The position numbers and the translations under genes were made by a program. A stretch of DNA of 64,000 nt from Callorhinchus milii. Lineage: Eukaryota. Shown one piece after another: positions 22,873 to 37,034 of the stretch; position 1 is the stretch's first letter; the number at the start of each line of letters is the position of its first letter. Where the stretch lies: NCBI RefSeq assembly GCF_018977255.1, contig NW_024704742.1, forward strand, positions 74,154,001 to 74,218,000. The letters are read 5' to 3'. The notes under the pieces were generated by a model. It was not told the origin of the DNA. It was given only the letters and a program-made list of their open reading frames with translations, and made no database searches.

Positions 22873-23784
22873 TGAATGGTTGGACAGAGTGGGGATCCAT
22901 GTGAAAATTAAATATGGATTACACATGAAGAATAACATTATAGAACTTGAATTCAGGAGTGTAGTTTGCATCAGTGTCGGAAAGGTTTGAACAGCCAGGT
23001 GTTTTGTAATCATGACGTCAAAAGCTGTAGACCTGAGGCAGTTGTGCCTGGACAGGAACTGATGCAGTAATGACCTTTTTAAGTAGTCGATTTGAAGATT
23101 TATCAGTGAATTGCCAAAAGAAAGCAAAAGGGCAAATAGGAAAACAGAGAATGAAAGGCAGAGAATCACTCCACACTTCCCTTCCTCATTTGCCCAGGCT
23201 CGTCCTGAAATGCTGAAATGCCTGAAGAGTCAGACTAATGCTTTAGTTTCAGAATGCCTGAGGGGAAGCCAAGCACAACCTTGAACCTGCTAACTGATAG
23301 TGTGGGTTAAGAGAAAGATATTTATTTGCACTGAAAGATTTTAGTTTTAGGAGCCTCTTTCTGAAAGATTTGACGATACAGGAATGTTTCAGATTGTGAA
23401 CTAAAGTAGACTTAATCATATATAGAATAGTCATGTCTATTGGATTATCCAAAGAAATACAGCTGAGATTGCATCAACATTCCTGTGGAAGTGCCTGCCT
23501 AGGGAGTGGCAGAGCAAATTATTGGAGTGGCTGTGTGCCACCGATATCAGACTTGTACCATCGTGTCATCTCCATGGGTTGGGTGGGTTAGTCACCAGAG
23601 TTCAGCAACACCCATTTTCATTAACAGACAAGGAATAATAGTTTTTGAGGATGAAATGTGTTAAAAGGTTAAGAGAATTTTTTGGGGGGGAGTCAGCCAG
23701 AGGTGGAAGTCCAGAACTTTTCATGCTGAGCTGTGTTGCCCACCAGGAAGCTCGCAGGGAGTTCCTGGTACCTGCCATCCACCA

Positions 23785-24097
23785 CATGTTCTCAGCCTAT
23801 CGCATATGGAAGTCCAGCACCGTGCTTAAGTGTATCCAAAACAAACTGATCCTTCTTATGTAATACTGGAGACTATGAGGTGTAGGCTGGCAAGAATCAA
23901 GGCTTGGGAACCCCAGACTGTGTGTTGAGACACTTGCCCAGCTAGGATCACTCTCATCAGCAGTGCTGTCATTAACAGTGCCCTGGACTATTGCAGAACC
24001 TCCTGACTCAGGAACCGGACCATTGAGACTGCCACAGAAGGTTGATACGATTTTGAAATTCTGTTGCCAAACATGCCACCTTGGAATTAGTCCAGCT
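23785..24097 (-). mobile_element. Diverged family X repeat enclosed by 39-bp inverted repeats
   Basis: gagactgccacagaaggttga...ctgttgccaaacatgccaccttgga aligns to 43085-43150. Confidence 0.6.
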
Positions 24098-24341
24098 GTG
24101 AGCTTCCTGGTGGGCAACACAACTCAGCATGAAATGTGTGACAGCACTGCTACCATCTTACTGCCCACAGTTCAGACACACAACCAGTTGGAGATGTGGA
24201 GCTTGAGCAGCACCTGCTCATCTGACAAGTGGGACGGTTCTACATCCCTATATGTATATCCACGATTTGGCTCGCTCCCCTTTGCAGAGTGTGCTGGGTG
24301 ACCTTTGTGTTCAATCTTTGCTAAATGAATACAAGTCCCTA

Positions 24342-24730
24342 TAACATAACATAACATGTAGGAGCAGGAGTAGGCCATACGGCCCTTCGAGCCTGCCCCG
24401 CCATTCAATCATGGCTGATCTTCTAATCTAACTCCAGCTAATAACCTAACCCTGCCTTATCTCCATATCCCTTAATCCCTTTTGCAATAAGAAATCTATC
24501 TATCTAGTCTTGAATATGTTCAAGGATTGAGCGTCAACAGCCCTTTGGGGTAGTGAGTTCCATACATTCACCACCCTTTGAGTGACGAAGTTCTTCCTCA
24601 ACTCAGTGTGAAAGGGCTGACCTCTGATTTTAAGGTTGTGACCCCTGGTTTTAGTTTCTCCATCCAGGGGAAACAATCTCCCACTATCTACTCTATCATG
24701 CCCTTTGATGATCTTATAGGTTTCTATAAA
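24342..24730 (-). mobile_element. CR1-clade LINE 3' fragment
   Basis: IETYKIIKGHDRVDSGRLFPL...TRGHNLKIRG...FVTQRVVNVWNSLPQ; (ataac)n tail. Confidence 0.9.
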
Positions 24731-26039
24731 TACCAATTGCTATTTAAATTAAAGTGGGTAGCCTCCATCATCAGTGTTTGATTCTAAACAGACCGTGACA
24801 TAGGCTCAACCTATTTGTGTATTCCCTCCTTCTTTGATTTATACAGAAAGCTTGAGAAAGCATGGTCAAGTAAACTCAACAGAATTTTATTGTATTTTCA
24901 ATGAAATCCACAATCCTCTGCATTAAATCTTAAATGACAGAATAAATATCAACAAACACAACTATGAAATGACAAACACTAATCACTCTAAACTAAACAT
25001 GCTAGCAGCCACTTGCAATGATGTGTTTAAAAAACCAACCTCTGACTACTACTCATTAATAGTCAGGGCATGTATATTTTGTTGTTATCAGGTAGAAAAT
25101 GGTGACATAGTGACCCCCAGCTTGGGTCCGAAACACTGAATGTCCAGCGCCTTGGGATGACCGATATGAAAGGCACTATACAAATATAATTTTATTGTTG
25201 TTACCTCTCCACATACCAAGTAAAGTGGATTTCAAGACCTGGATGTATAAACATGTGTTCATGAACTTGGACTACAGGTAACAGCAACTGTTGCCCCAAA
25301 CCTCAGAGTTTGTGCATCAGATATCTGGCAGACATCTGCCTTCAGGCGCTACATAAATCCAATTTTTTTTTAATGATTACAACATAAACAGTAGTGCCTC
25401 ACTGAAGGAAAACTGAAGAGTTAAAAATTGATCTGGAACTTACATGTCAGTTGTTTCACTGGGTACTTGTCTAGATCAGATCACTATGCTCTTTGCTCTA
25501 TAGCAATGACATACGAATAAGAAGTGTTCAAATCCATTGAAATTAATTAAGCTGTGTTTAATTTTACTATGAAACATAAGCTTAGAGTTTGGCAGCTAAC
25601 GTGTTAATGTATCTATTTCAGGTAGTTCTAGCCTTTTGTTCATTGTTCTGTTACGCCGCAGCACTTCCGCTATTAGTTATAAGTGTAGCAGCTTACGTGT
25701 GGTACACAAAGTAGTACAGTACACAGTATAATGGTATTTCTTTTATTCATCTGAACTTGAGAAGTACAACAACAATTTGTACATTTTTATGTAGGGAGAA
25801 TGTCTCAAAATGTCAAAATGCATCACAAAGATTGGGATCCCGAGCTCTGAAAGAGAAGGGCGAAGGCGAAGATGAGAGGAGGGGGGTGGGGTGGGTGGCT
25901 GAAGGCACAGTCAACGAGATATGTCTTTAGGTTTTGAAAGCAGAGAAAGGGGTGAGGAGGAGGCGGCTGTAGGAATGTGATAGAAAGTTCACCTGAGATT
26001 AGCTGTGTAATAGACCGCAGGAGACTGTGGGAGCAGTAA

Positions 26040-26410
26040 GGTCAGCCTGGCTCAGTTGATAACTCTCACGCCAGACGATTGTGAGTTCAAGCTACACGTC
26101 AGGACCTCAAATTCCCATAGTCTATGCTGACACGCCAATGGGGTGCTGGAGCTGTGTTCCATTGTCAGAGGTACTGTCCTTCGGATGAGACATGAAACCG
26201 TGCCTGTTCAGTGGATGTGAAAGAGCCAATGGCACTGTCTGAAAAGAGAAGGGAGTTTCTCCTGGTGTTCTGGCCAACAATCCTCCACTTCATCCCATTT
26301 ATCCTAGTTTGTCCAAATTTACTACCAAATTCTAATTGATTGGTTACTTATCTAATGGTTATTTGTGGGACATTGCTGTCCATAATAATAATATTCACTT
26401 CATCTTTAAT
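26040..26410 (+). mobile_element. Deu-domain SINE (family B)
   Basis: gtcagcctggctcagttg...gttcaag...ttcggatgagac...gtggatgtgaaagagccaatggcact. Confidence 0.75.
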
Positions 26411-28884
26411 CAAATTTGTTTTGTAAAGTACTTTGAGAGTTTCTCCCGATAGCCAGGCCAACAATACCCCAACTAAAATTGGTCCTTCACCTCATGGCTG
26501 TTCGTAGGACATTGCTCTTCACTCTTCCACCTGGTGCATACCAAGCCCTAAAATCTGAGAAGTATGTACTTTAATCTTAGCAGAATAAGCTGATCTCTGC
26601 TGCATGTAACCAATATGAGTCTCATTGTCCATTCACTAGGAATTAGAAACAACATGAGTTACTTCCCCTACTCTCCAAACTCTCTCTCTCTACTCTGGCT
26701 TGCCACCTTTTTGTCTTTAAACCTTACCTAAAAACTAACCTCTTTGACTGCACCTATGGTCACACCACACCTCTCCCTCCTCCCTTGCTCAGCATCTGAT
26801 ACTGTCCCAGAGAAGCGCACTGAAATATTATTCAACAATAATTTGCATTTATATAGAACCCTTCATGCAGATAATGTCTCACAGTTCTTATTCTACTATC
26901 TGCAGATAGTAGAAAGCAGAAAATCAACCAAGATCAACAAGTGTCTATATGTGCCTATGGGCATTGGCTTGGGACAAAATCACTCAGCTATGATTTCCCC
27001 TCTCTCCTCCCCTCACACCATTTCTCTTTGCTGTAGACCTATAATACTCTATTGGGGTGAGCGAGATCAAGGAAGAAAATTGGGAAAAAATATTTACATT
27101 TTAAAATGCATCTATGAAAACGTTTTTCCCTTAACACCCGGTAAAAATAATGTTTTAAATTATTTCTCTTTTTAAATTTGACAAGGTCCAGGGAGGATTT
27201 GGTGGATTGGTGCACTGGTCTCGTGCCTCTCTTACTCACCAGCACAGGAATTTTAAAAAATTTAATTAATTGTTAAATTTTTATGCCTCAGGAAGACAGT
27301 CAATAATGTTTGTCAAACATTATCAAAGTATTTTAAGGCCACACAGTTCAAAACAGACGCATTGCTCCTTAAATGAAATCCCATTTGAACCAATGAATTC
27401 AACCTTGACAAACTCCCTCCCCCATATTCCATGGTAACTTCCCTTGTGTAACTCCTGTTATTTCATTTGTGGACCAATAGGACCCATATTTACATGGAAC
27501 ATGTTACTTGATAACTTAACCTGTCAGGGAACTTGTGGATGTTTCCAAGTTGTGGTTGGTTTGGATGAGTTTTCATGTCTGAAGTGGAACAAAGCCTCAC
27601 TCATAGAGACTTCTCAATAAACTGAAGCACATATAACTTTTGACTTCAATATTTCTTATTGCCAGTGTTTTAGCATAGCCCCAGCTAATCATTTGCCAAA
27701 CTACTAACCACCTGTGAACTAATATTTAATAGATATTTGTTTGTGCCCTGAGTCCATCTTTCTTTCATCTCCGAAATATGATTGCAGTTACTAAACAATT
27801 CTACTCATCCTGAATTAAAGTTTGGCACATGCTCCAGTAACTGCTGGGTGTCAGTTGATTTTGCTAAGGGGTGGGGCTGTTTGTGTTGCCCATTGGATGA
27901 ATCATTTTAAGAATAAAAATGTGGGATGTTAGAATTTTTTTCAAAGAGGTTTGTCAGAATGTGGAAATGTATTGCCACAAATGTCTTTTGAGGGCGAGTC
28001 TGTGTTATAATTTAAAGAGGGAATTGGTTAAACACCCAACAAAAAATATTACTGAGGGATTTGGAGAAAGAGCGAAGGAATCGGATTAAAGCAGATAGAC
28101 CTCCAGTGGGAGAACTAGCACCAGCACAACAAAACAGGCCATTTGTCCTCATCCATGCTGTAAACTTAACATGATTCTTTGAAGTATTATGATGATGGGT
28201 ATGCCCATGATTTGTTAACCCATCATATTGTTAAGCAAAACAGTAAATATTTTCCCAGTAACCTGATATCAGTTACATTTAAAGAATACCTCAGCCTTAA
28301 TTAAACAGAACAAAACAGTTTAACAACAGGCACGATCTTCCACCTGATGTTTATCTGTATTTATAGCTCTGCATGTTTTTCTCTATTTGCCTCGCTTTGG
28401 ATTTAGACTGAATGCTTTTTAATTAAAACAGTTGCAGCAATAAAGTGATTGCAACAGTATTTTGTAACCCAGTAGTTTGAATAATCTGCTGAATTCCTCA
28501 CTGCAATGAAGTCAAACAGCAGATAGAAAGAAAGCACCAACAAGGATTTAAAATATGCATGCCCTTCCAGCCAACAGATTCCATTCTGCTGAACTACAGT
28601 GTTAGGTGGAGTATTAGATTTTTCGTAGGAGTTCACAGACTGTCGCCCAGCACGGCAGGGAGAGGGAAAGAATGAGGAGTGTGTTTGTGCCAGTTGGATA
28701 TCAGAGAGCATTATTAGTAGCCAGAAAATGATACATCATCTCAATATATTTTCGTTGTAAGTCAAGATATTGCTGGTTGAGTGATTATTGAAGAGAATTA
28801 GGTACTTCAGTGGAGATAATTTCTGAGCACCAAAATCCTGGTCATCAACTACCTGAACCCAACAACTGCTAAGATTTTTATATC

Positions 28885-29305
28885 ACCTCAATGAGCCAGT
28901 CAGGAATCTAGGCATCTTGTTTGACCATCAACTGACCTTTCTACTCCACGTCTGTGCCATGACCCACTCCGTCTTCCCCCACCTCCGTAACATTGCCCGT
29001 CTCGGCCACTGCCTCACCCCTCAGGCCACTGAAACCACCATTGGCGGTCGGGCTTTCAGCCTCTCTGCCCCCACCCTCTGGAACTCCATCCCACATTCCC
29101 TTCGTCTTGCTCCCTCCCTTACCTTCTTCAAGGCACGTCTCAAGATCCTCCTTGGGCCACCCTCCTACCCTCTCTGCTCTGCATCCTCTCTGATCCCAAT
29201 CCCCCCCACCCCCACTCGGATATTAATCCCTGACTGTTCAGCGCCACGGGACATCCTCCCGACGTGAAAGGCGCTTTACAAATGTAATTTTGTATTGTAT
29301 TGTAA
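28885..29305 (+). mobile_element. L2-clade LINE 3' fragment with an internal deletion
   Basis: HLRNIARL.HCLTPQATET joined directly to TIGGRAFSLSAPTLWNSIP; L2 stem-loop tail. Confidence 0.85.
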
Positions 29306-30239
29306 CTTGCGTGTAGGATGAATGTCTCAAAGCACTTTACACAGGCACATAGGCATTGATCAGGGAGGAGGAAGGAGAAGTTGTTGACCAAAGTAACAAT
29401 GAAAAAGATAGCTGAAGAGAGGGAGAGAAGGAGCAAGGTAAATGCATTTCCAGAGAGAGGGGGTATAAATGGCTTAAAGGTTGAGTCACGATCAACCTAA
29501 CAGAGGGGGTGAGGCATAAACAGAAGCTCATAGTTAGAAGATCAGAGGCATGGGCATGAGAGTAGGACTTCAAGAGATGGCATAGATTATTTGTCTGCCG
29601 TTTTCTCTCTCTTTTGCTCTCTTTGAGTTTCTCTCTCTCTCCTTCGTTGAGTCTTTCTCTTTGAGTCTCCCTTTCTTGAATCATCTCTTTTTCTGCCTTC
29701 TGCCCGAGTCTCTAATTTTCTCCTTTATCTCTTCATCTCAATGAATTTTGTACATGACTTCAATTGATATCAACTTCCTTCACGTTCAAGCTCCCTGCTA
29801 TAAAGTTGTTCTACTTTTGTATCAAATGTGTTGTAAAATGTGTAATTAAAATTTGTTTCAAAATGGTTAATAAAAGGTTTGAAAGAAATTACTGTTAAAG
29901 AAAAGAGTGGCAGCAGTCTCTGTTGTGACAAAATTGATCTTTCAACAATGATAACACTCAGCCATTTGGGGATGCAAAACACTGGAGAAAGAGATGATGA
30001 GGTGATGGCATATCATCATCATACAGCACACAGCAGACAGAGAAATATCCTGTAAGTTAAATTGCTCGGATATCCCACTTATACTAACAGTATGAAGCGG
30101 CTGTCACATAAACAGCATAGAATAGAGAAAAAAAGTGTATCACTGGTGATCAGAGGGGATTGGGGATCAGAATGAGGTCACAAGATCACAAAGCAAGGCT
30201 CTCTTGAAGGAGGCCATAGACAACCCCCTTATGTTGTGT

Positions 30240-30480
30240 AACCAGAACTGTATACAGGATTCTAAGTGCATCCTGACTAGAGCTTGGGTATGACGTCCAG
30301 GTATTGGAGTTCAACTGATGTAGCAATCTAGCCCAGCATCCTGTTTGCCTTGTTGAATGCTGCCTCACACTGTTTTGTCAAAGTGAGCGATGAGTTAACT
30401 AACATCCCTAATTCACTTTCCGCTTTCCCGTCAGCAAGTTCTTCAACATCCTTGGAGTATATGTTCCTCCCATTCTTACT
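30240..30480 (-). mobile_element. CR1-clade LINE RT fragment
   Basis: ELGMLVNSSLTLTKQCEAAFNKANRMLG. Confidence 0.75.
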
Positions 30481-31259
30481 ATCTACCTTGTATTTATTTG
30501 TATTGAGTATAAAAATAGGTCTGGTATATATTTCCAAGATTCTGTGATATTCAGCACAACCCTCAAAACAATTTATTGAACCAGTGCAACATTTACTTAT
30601 TTACAGCTATCAACACTCTGTATTTGTAGCCAGTTTGAGAAAGTCAGAGAATAGACTTTGATAACATTGTATGAACATTTCTGCTAGCCTGTATTGGGCT
30701 TCCAGTCTGACATGGGCTATGTATAGTTCTGCTTGGTAAGAATCCAAGGCAGACTTCATTCAGCAATGTTTTGTGCAGTGTGTTGGTTCGGTGATAAACA
30801 GTATGAAAGGCACTATTGTGTCCTCAGCAGTCATTGTGTTCCTCAAAAATAAGTGCTGCATGCCTGGGATTCGTGTTATTCATGGACCTCTGCCAAGACT
30901 TTCATTGTAGTAAAAGACTCAGAGTCGCATAATAAAGGCGGAACAATTAAACAATGTGCAAGCCATGCAATTAGTTGAGGTATTTGCAGCAATTCTTTGG
31001 GTGAAAATGGGAATAAATGAACACGTAGTCAAGGCCTTAGGTGCCCAAGCTTTTTTGATGCAGGCCATATTCCAAGTTTGGGTCTGCTAATCGGGTTGAG
31101 TGCAATGTTGGGTTCATAGTAGAACACTAAGTATCATGCTGGTGTAAACCACCAGCATGTCTGCATCAGGCGTCAATTAAAAAAATTGCACGTATGGTTC
31201 CCAAAACCACAACTTTTTCCGTGCAGTACAACTGTGGTCTGGCGATGCAAGGTAAACGT

Positions 31260-31560
31260 GTTGGCTCAATTGGTAGCACTCTCACCTCTGGGTCAGAAGG
31301 CTATGGGATTCGGCCTCACCGGAACTTGGAACATATATAGTTTATGCTGATGCTCCAATGTAGTATCAGAGGTGCCATCCATCAGATGAGATGTTAATTT
31401 AAGTCTTGTCTGCTGTTCAGGTGGATGTTAAAGATCCCATGGCACTATTCAAAAAGAGAAGGAACTTTCTTTCAGTGTCCTGGCCAACAATCATGTAGTA
31501 AAACCCGACTGTTTTGTGGTACATTGCTGTGAGCAAATTGGCTGCCATGTTTATCCTCTG
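31260..31560 (+). mobile_element. Deu-domain SINE (family B)
   Basis: ggctcaattggtagcactctcacctctg...caggtggatgttaaagatcccatggcactattc...gcaaattggctgcc. Confidence 0.75.
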
Positions 31561-32058
31561 CACTTTCCAGTATAAAAGTTGTATTGCCATTGATCAGAGG
31601 ACGTGGCATTGCTTTGGCTATCTATCATAGCATGCTGTCCTGTGTGTTTCAAAATAAATAGCTGTTCAAACTGAGCAGAACGTAAGCCGAAACACAAAGC
31701 CCCACACTGGAATATACTGCAGGACTATATTGACTCTGACCATCCTATGCTGTGAGCAGTACATTCGTGCTATAATCTGTGGTCTCATTGGGCTTGTGGG
31801 TCAACAGCGGACACACATGTGGAATATTGTTGTGCGCAAATTGACTGCCACATTTGCCATGTGCCATCTCAATGTTTCCAAGCACATTTATTCTCTGTTG
31901 ACAGTGCCTATGTGTACTGTCAAGTTCCAATTTTGGATTTGCATTAGAATACATAATACATTGGAATATACAGCACAGAAACAGGCCATTCGGCCCAACT
32001 GCTCTATGCCTGTGTTTATGCTCCACATGAGGAGCCTCCTCCTGCCCTTCCTCAATTA

Positions 32059-34115
32059 AGCGGGCTGCCGAACGCACTTGGCTCAAATCCGGCCTAACGT
32101 TCCACCGGCAATCTGGCTGGACCACATCAAAACCTACCGCTCTGCTCTCGCCTCGCCAAATCATCCTTCTATTCCAGGTTAATCCTGGAGGCAAAGGGCA
32201 ACCCCAGGCTACTGTTCTCCACCACCAACCGGCTCCTCCTCCCTCCCCGACACGCCTCACAGATTCTTTCCTCCGACTCCCACTGTGAGGAAATGCTGAA
32301 CTTCCTCAAGTCCAAAATCGAGGGAATCCGCTCAGCTGTCACTGCCCTCCCAACTTCCACCCCCTCCCTACCCCCACCCCACACTCTGACCACTACCGAT
32401 CTCTCTTTCCACCTTTGAACCTGTCACCCCCTCCTCTGTCATCACCACTATATCCTCCATGAATCTCACCACCTGCTCCCTGGACCCCATCCCCACCCCT
32501 CTCCTTAAATCCCAGCTCCACCTCCTTGCCCCACTACTCGCCGACATCATCAAACTCTCCCTGTCATCCAGCACTGTTCCTTCCCCCCTCAAAACAGCCA
32601 CTATCACCCCCACCTTGAAGAAACCTTCCGTTAACCTATCACAGCTATCCAGCTACTGGCCCATCTCCCACCTCCCTTCCTATCCAAGGTTCTTGAGAGA
32701 GCCGTTGACTCCCAGCTTCGCTCTCTCCTCTCCTCCCACTCCCTCCATGAACCCCTCCAATCTGGTTTCCGTGCTGCCCACAGCACAGAATCTGCTCTGG
32801 TCAAGGTCCCAAACAACATCCTGACCATGTGTGATCAGGGCTCCCTCTGCCTCCTCGTCCTCCCTGACCTCTCTGCCGCCTATGACACCGTGGACCACTC
32901 AATCCTCCTCCATTGCCTCTCCTCCCACCTCAACCTTCAAGGTTCTGTCCTTGACTGGTTCAGGTCCTACCTTTCACACCGCCTCCACTTCGTCTCTGCA
33001 AATGGCTTCTCCTCCAGCCTCTGCACCATCTCGTGCGGTGTTCCTCAGGGCTCTGTCCTCGGTTCCCTCCTCTTCACCCTCTACATGCTCCCCCCTGGTC
33101 ATCCGCAGACATGGGGTAAATTTCCACATGTATACAGATGACACCAAACTCTATCTCTCTGCCTCCATCCTCAACTCCAGGACAACTGGGGTCCTGACCG
33201 ACTGCCTGTCCAACATCAAGTCCTGGACGAGGGACAACTTTCTCCAGCTGAAAGTTAGTAAGTCCGAGGCCCTATTGATTGGCTCGCGCCAGCGCCTCCG
33301 CACCACCGGCGCGGGCAGTGTTAGCCTCCACGGCTGCACACTCAACCTCACTAAACCAGTCAGGAACTCGGGTATCTTGTTTGACCCTGAACTGTTCTTT
33401 CTCCACCACATCCGCGCCATGACCGGCACTGCCTACCACCACCTCCACAATATTGCCAGACTCCGCCACTGCCTCACCCCTCAGGCTGCCGAAACCCTCA
33501 CCCACGCATTCGTCACATCAAGGCTCGATCATGGAAACTCCCTCCTCATCGACCTTCCCAACTCTTCCCTTCACAACCTACAAATCATCCAAAACTCTGC
33601 AGCTTGTGTACTCTCACGCACCAGGCTCCGTGACCCCATCACTCCCACCTTCGCCCGACTGCACTGTCTCCCCATCCCCAAGAGAATCGAATTCAAGATC
33701 CTCATCCTCACTTTCAAGGCCATCCATGGCCTTGTCCCTCCTATCTCTCTGACCTGCTGACTTCCTACCAACCTGCCCACTCCCTCCATTCAGCGGGGTC
33801 CTGTCTGCTCCATGTTTCCCGCCTGACCCATCCTACCATCGGTGGCTGGGCTTTCAGCCTCTCTGCCCTCACACTCTGGAACTCCAACCCACAGTCCCTT
33901 CGCCTCGTTTCCTCCCTTGCCTTCTTCAAGGCCGGTCTCAAGACCCTCATCTTCGATCGTGCCTTCAGTCGTCCTCCCACCTCTCTGCCTTCCCTCACCC
34001 CTACTCCACCCCTCCCCCATGCTCAGGTCCTGCCCCCTGATTGTCCAGCACCTTGGGACATCCTCCCAACGTAAAAGGCGCTCTATAAATGTAATTTTGT
34101 TGTTGTTGTTGTTGT
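32059..34115 (+). mobile_element. L2-clade LINE, 5'-truncated ~2.05 kb (frameshifted RT domain), inserted into a minus-strand CR1 3' end (31945-32058 and 34120-34300)
   Basis: [47 protein letters not shown]; (ttg)n tail; CR1 sequence resumes after the tail. Confidence 0.92.
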
Positions 34116-35264
34116 AGGCGTTCAAGCATAACCTTCTATTCCTTTCTCCCTCATGCATCTATCTAGCTTTCCCTTAAATACATCTATGCTATTTGCCTCA
34201 ACAACTCCTTGTAGTAGCATGTTCCACTTTCCCACTACTCTCTGTGCGAAGAAATTTCTTCCCTATTTGATATATTTGTGACTATTTCATATTGATGGAA
34301 TTTGTGTGTCACGTAGTATGTAGTAACACATCTCTGGCAGAGAATTTCCTGGGTACTACCCCAGGAAAGCTATGTCAATGGCTCCAAATGTTAATTGGCA
34401 TATGGCAATTACTTTTTATATGGCATCCATATAAAATGGCACAATCACCACAGTCTCACTGTTTCTAGACCTCCTCCCAATTTCAGTTTTAATCTTATAA
34501 TGTTTTTAATGAGGTTAAAGTTGGTTCTGGAACCACAGCATGAGTCACTTAAACGTTTAAGATACCACATGCCCTTCTGAGCCACGGGAATTTAAGGACT
34601 TTGTACCCTGGTATTCATTGTGCATTGACTATCTCTATGATTAAAAAATCAGACACAGCACAGGATAAAGAAGACCATTCAGTCATTCACAGTATGAAGG
34701 AAAGTATTCAGGACAGATGGAGAGCCAGAAACAGTTGTGTTTTGTTCGGCAACTCATGCTTTGTGAATGAATCTGTTACAGAAAAAAGAATGAAAAAAGT
34801 CAAACCAAAGTTGGCAAAAGAGGGTTTGGCTCATCTTGAAATGGTTATTTTTCATCTAACAGTCACCTGGGAGGATTGCAGGTCATTAAATCCAAGTCAA
34901 ATCTCAAAGGTCTACCTGAGACACATGGGCTGTAGTTGTGAAGGTGAAAGTAAAGTGTTGTTGAGCATCACATTGTTAGAAAGGAATGAATAGACAATGA
35001 CTGTCAAAATCACTAATTTAACCCACAAGTTTGCCTCCATTCAAAATATAGAAACAACAGGCATTGGATTTGACTGTCTCTGATTCTGTCCTGGTCTAGA
35101 AGGGACAAGATCTAATTCTGCACACATCTAGAACTTGGACCTTTTTCTTTCTTGTCTTTATATCAACAACAACTTGCACTTATGTAGCACCCTCCACACA
35201 TGGTAGCTTTACTATCCTTTTCCAGTCAGGATCTGAATCAGATTGTTCCGCAATCTATAATAAA

Positions 35265-35573
35265 AAAAATAATCCTTGCATTTGATATAGCACTTTTCAT
35301 GTCTTCTAAACTTCCCAAAGTGCTTCACAGCATAGACTGTAAAGTGCATTGACTATATATTTGTGGGCGAAATGTGGCAGCCAATTGCACACAGTAGTGT
35401 CCCACAAACAGTCATGGATTGAGTGACCAAATTATTACTTTATTTTTTCTTGAGGGATTATTATCAGGCGTGTGGAGTAAGGAAACTTGCCCAAGGTTTC
35501 ACCCTGCTGGGAATCTAACCCAGGTCTCTTGCTTGCGAGGCGAGTGCTCTAACCACTAAGCTACAGGACTCCA
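35265..35573 (-). mobile_element. SINE family A, short form, full length
   Basis: Both head and tail present; gcc/tgataataatccc junction. Confidence 0.85.
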
Positions 35574-37034
35574 ATCTAATTATTATACTATTGCAAAATC
35601 TAGTGGGATGTGGGTCTGATGCTGCGTTGCCTGTTGCAATGATACTGCTGTGAGGGGAGACGCACTAGTGACAGGCTGTGTGAGGTACAAGCACTGAAAC
35701 TTTATCTTCACTGCCTCACCAGCAGTCTTGGCCTGGCTGCCCTTTAAGTGGTAACACAATATAATATCTTAATTAATTAGTATTAACACACTAATAACTG
35801 AATGTGGGTGTTTCCTGTGACATTGTGTGCAAAGTCCTTTTATTTACTGTTTTTTATGCAAGGTTTTTAACCTCCAGAGGAAATGGCCTTATTTTTACTA
35901 TGAGGGGCCACTTCCTCCTCACACGATAAGATTTCATCTGTTGAAGGAAGGCTGCACTGGTGGTTTTGTGCTAATTTCACGAGAGGCTCATGCATTGTGG
36001 CCTAACAATGTACCTCTGGCGATAGAGCACACTCATGAGCACATCACCTCAATAACACTCAGCCTCTCTCCCTGAGCTCTGTCACCCTGTGACACTCAGT
36101 CTGTACCCTGAGCTCAGCTCAGTGTAGAGCAGAGGCTGAGTGTCACAGGGTTACAGAGCCCAGGGAGAGAGGCTCAGTGTCACATTGTTGTGAACAATTT
36201 TGCTGCCCAGTTTCTGGTGTCCCTAAATGGCTCATGTGGCACATTCTTTAAAAGCAAAGTGAGAACACATCAATAAGTGCTGTAAGAATCCAATCTGCTC
36301 ATGTGGCACAATTTCCTGTGACTGTAGACAAGTAATGGATTGTGATCAAAGCTTTGAGAAAAGAATTTCAGTAAAAGATGAACGGTCCAGAAATGCACTC
36401 CAGAAAGAGCACAGCAGAGCTTCGTTACAACTACAGTGCACGTGCTGTGTGTTACAAGCTGAGCAACAGACTCCCTAAGAGAGTTTTGCATATTAAAGAG
36501 TGAACTCATGATGCAATGCAGATGATAAAATGCAGATTTATATTGCCAGTTTGTCTCTGAAGTCAGAGGCTAGTGTGATGAGCAAAGGAAAATTTTCCCA
36601 AATTGTCCGAATCTTGCTTGTCCCAACCCAAAGTGGGATCAGTTATTCCCTCAGGAGTGAGAGTATAAAGAAAAGGCACAGCTCTGGAGGAGAGTGATGT
36701 GGAATCTGTATCACAATTCAGTGTCAAAGATCCTTTGTTATACATGTGTTCAAACAAGACTTCTGCTATTTGTATTTTGTATTTGTATTTTGAGGTTTGT
36801 GCCTGATCTAGGCCTCTAATCCTTTCCGTGTGCACACATTGCCTTCTGTCTCAGACGTGAGCGCATCACTTCTCTGTCTTCCATTTTACTTTTCCTCATT
36901 TTTTCTTTTTCTTTTCTTCCTTTTGTTTTCTTCTGCCTTAATGTTAGTTTCACTCCTTGTTTGTGGGATGTTATCAGGACAGATTAATTGCTGTATTTAC
37001 CTTCATAACAACATTCTGCATTGTATTGTGTGTC

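Noticed and set aside
25500..28750. Repeat-poor AT-rich intergenic blocks as conserved enhancers or hidden exons
   Set aside because: There is no recognisable coding or motif evidence, and conservation cannot be judged without alignments.
32831..33760. 309-aa RT-like ORF (and 58478-60057) as an active or domesticated gene
   Set aside because: These are 5'-truncated, frameshifted L2 copies with normal tails.
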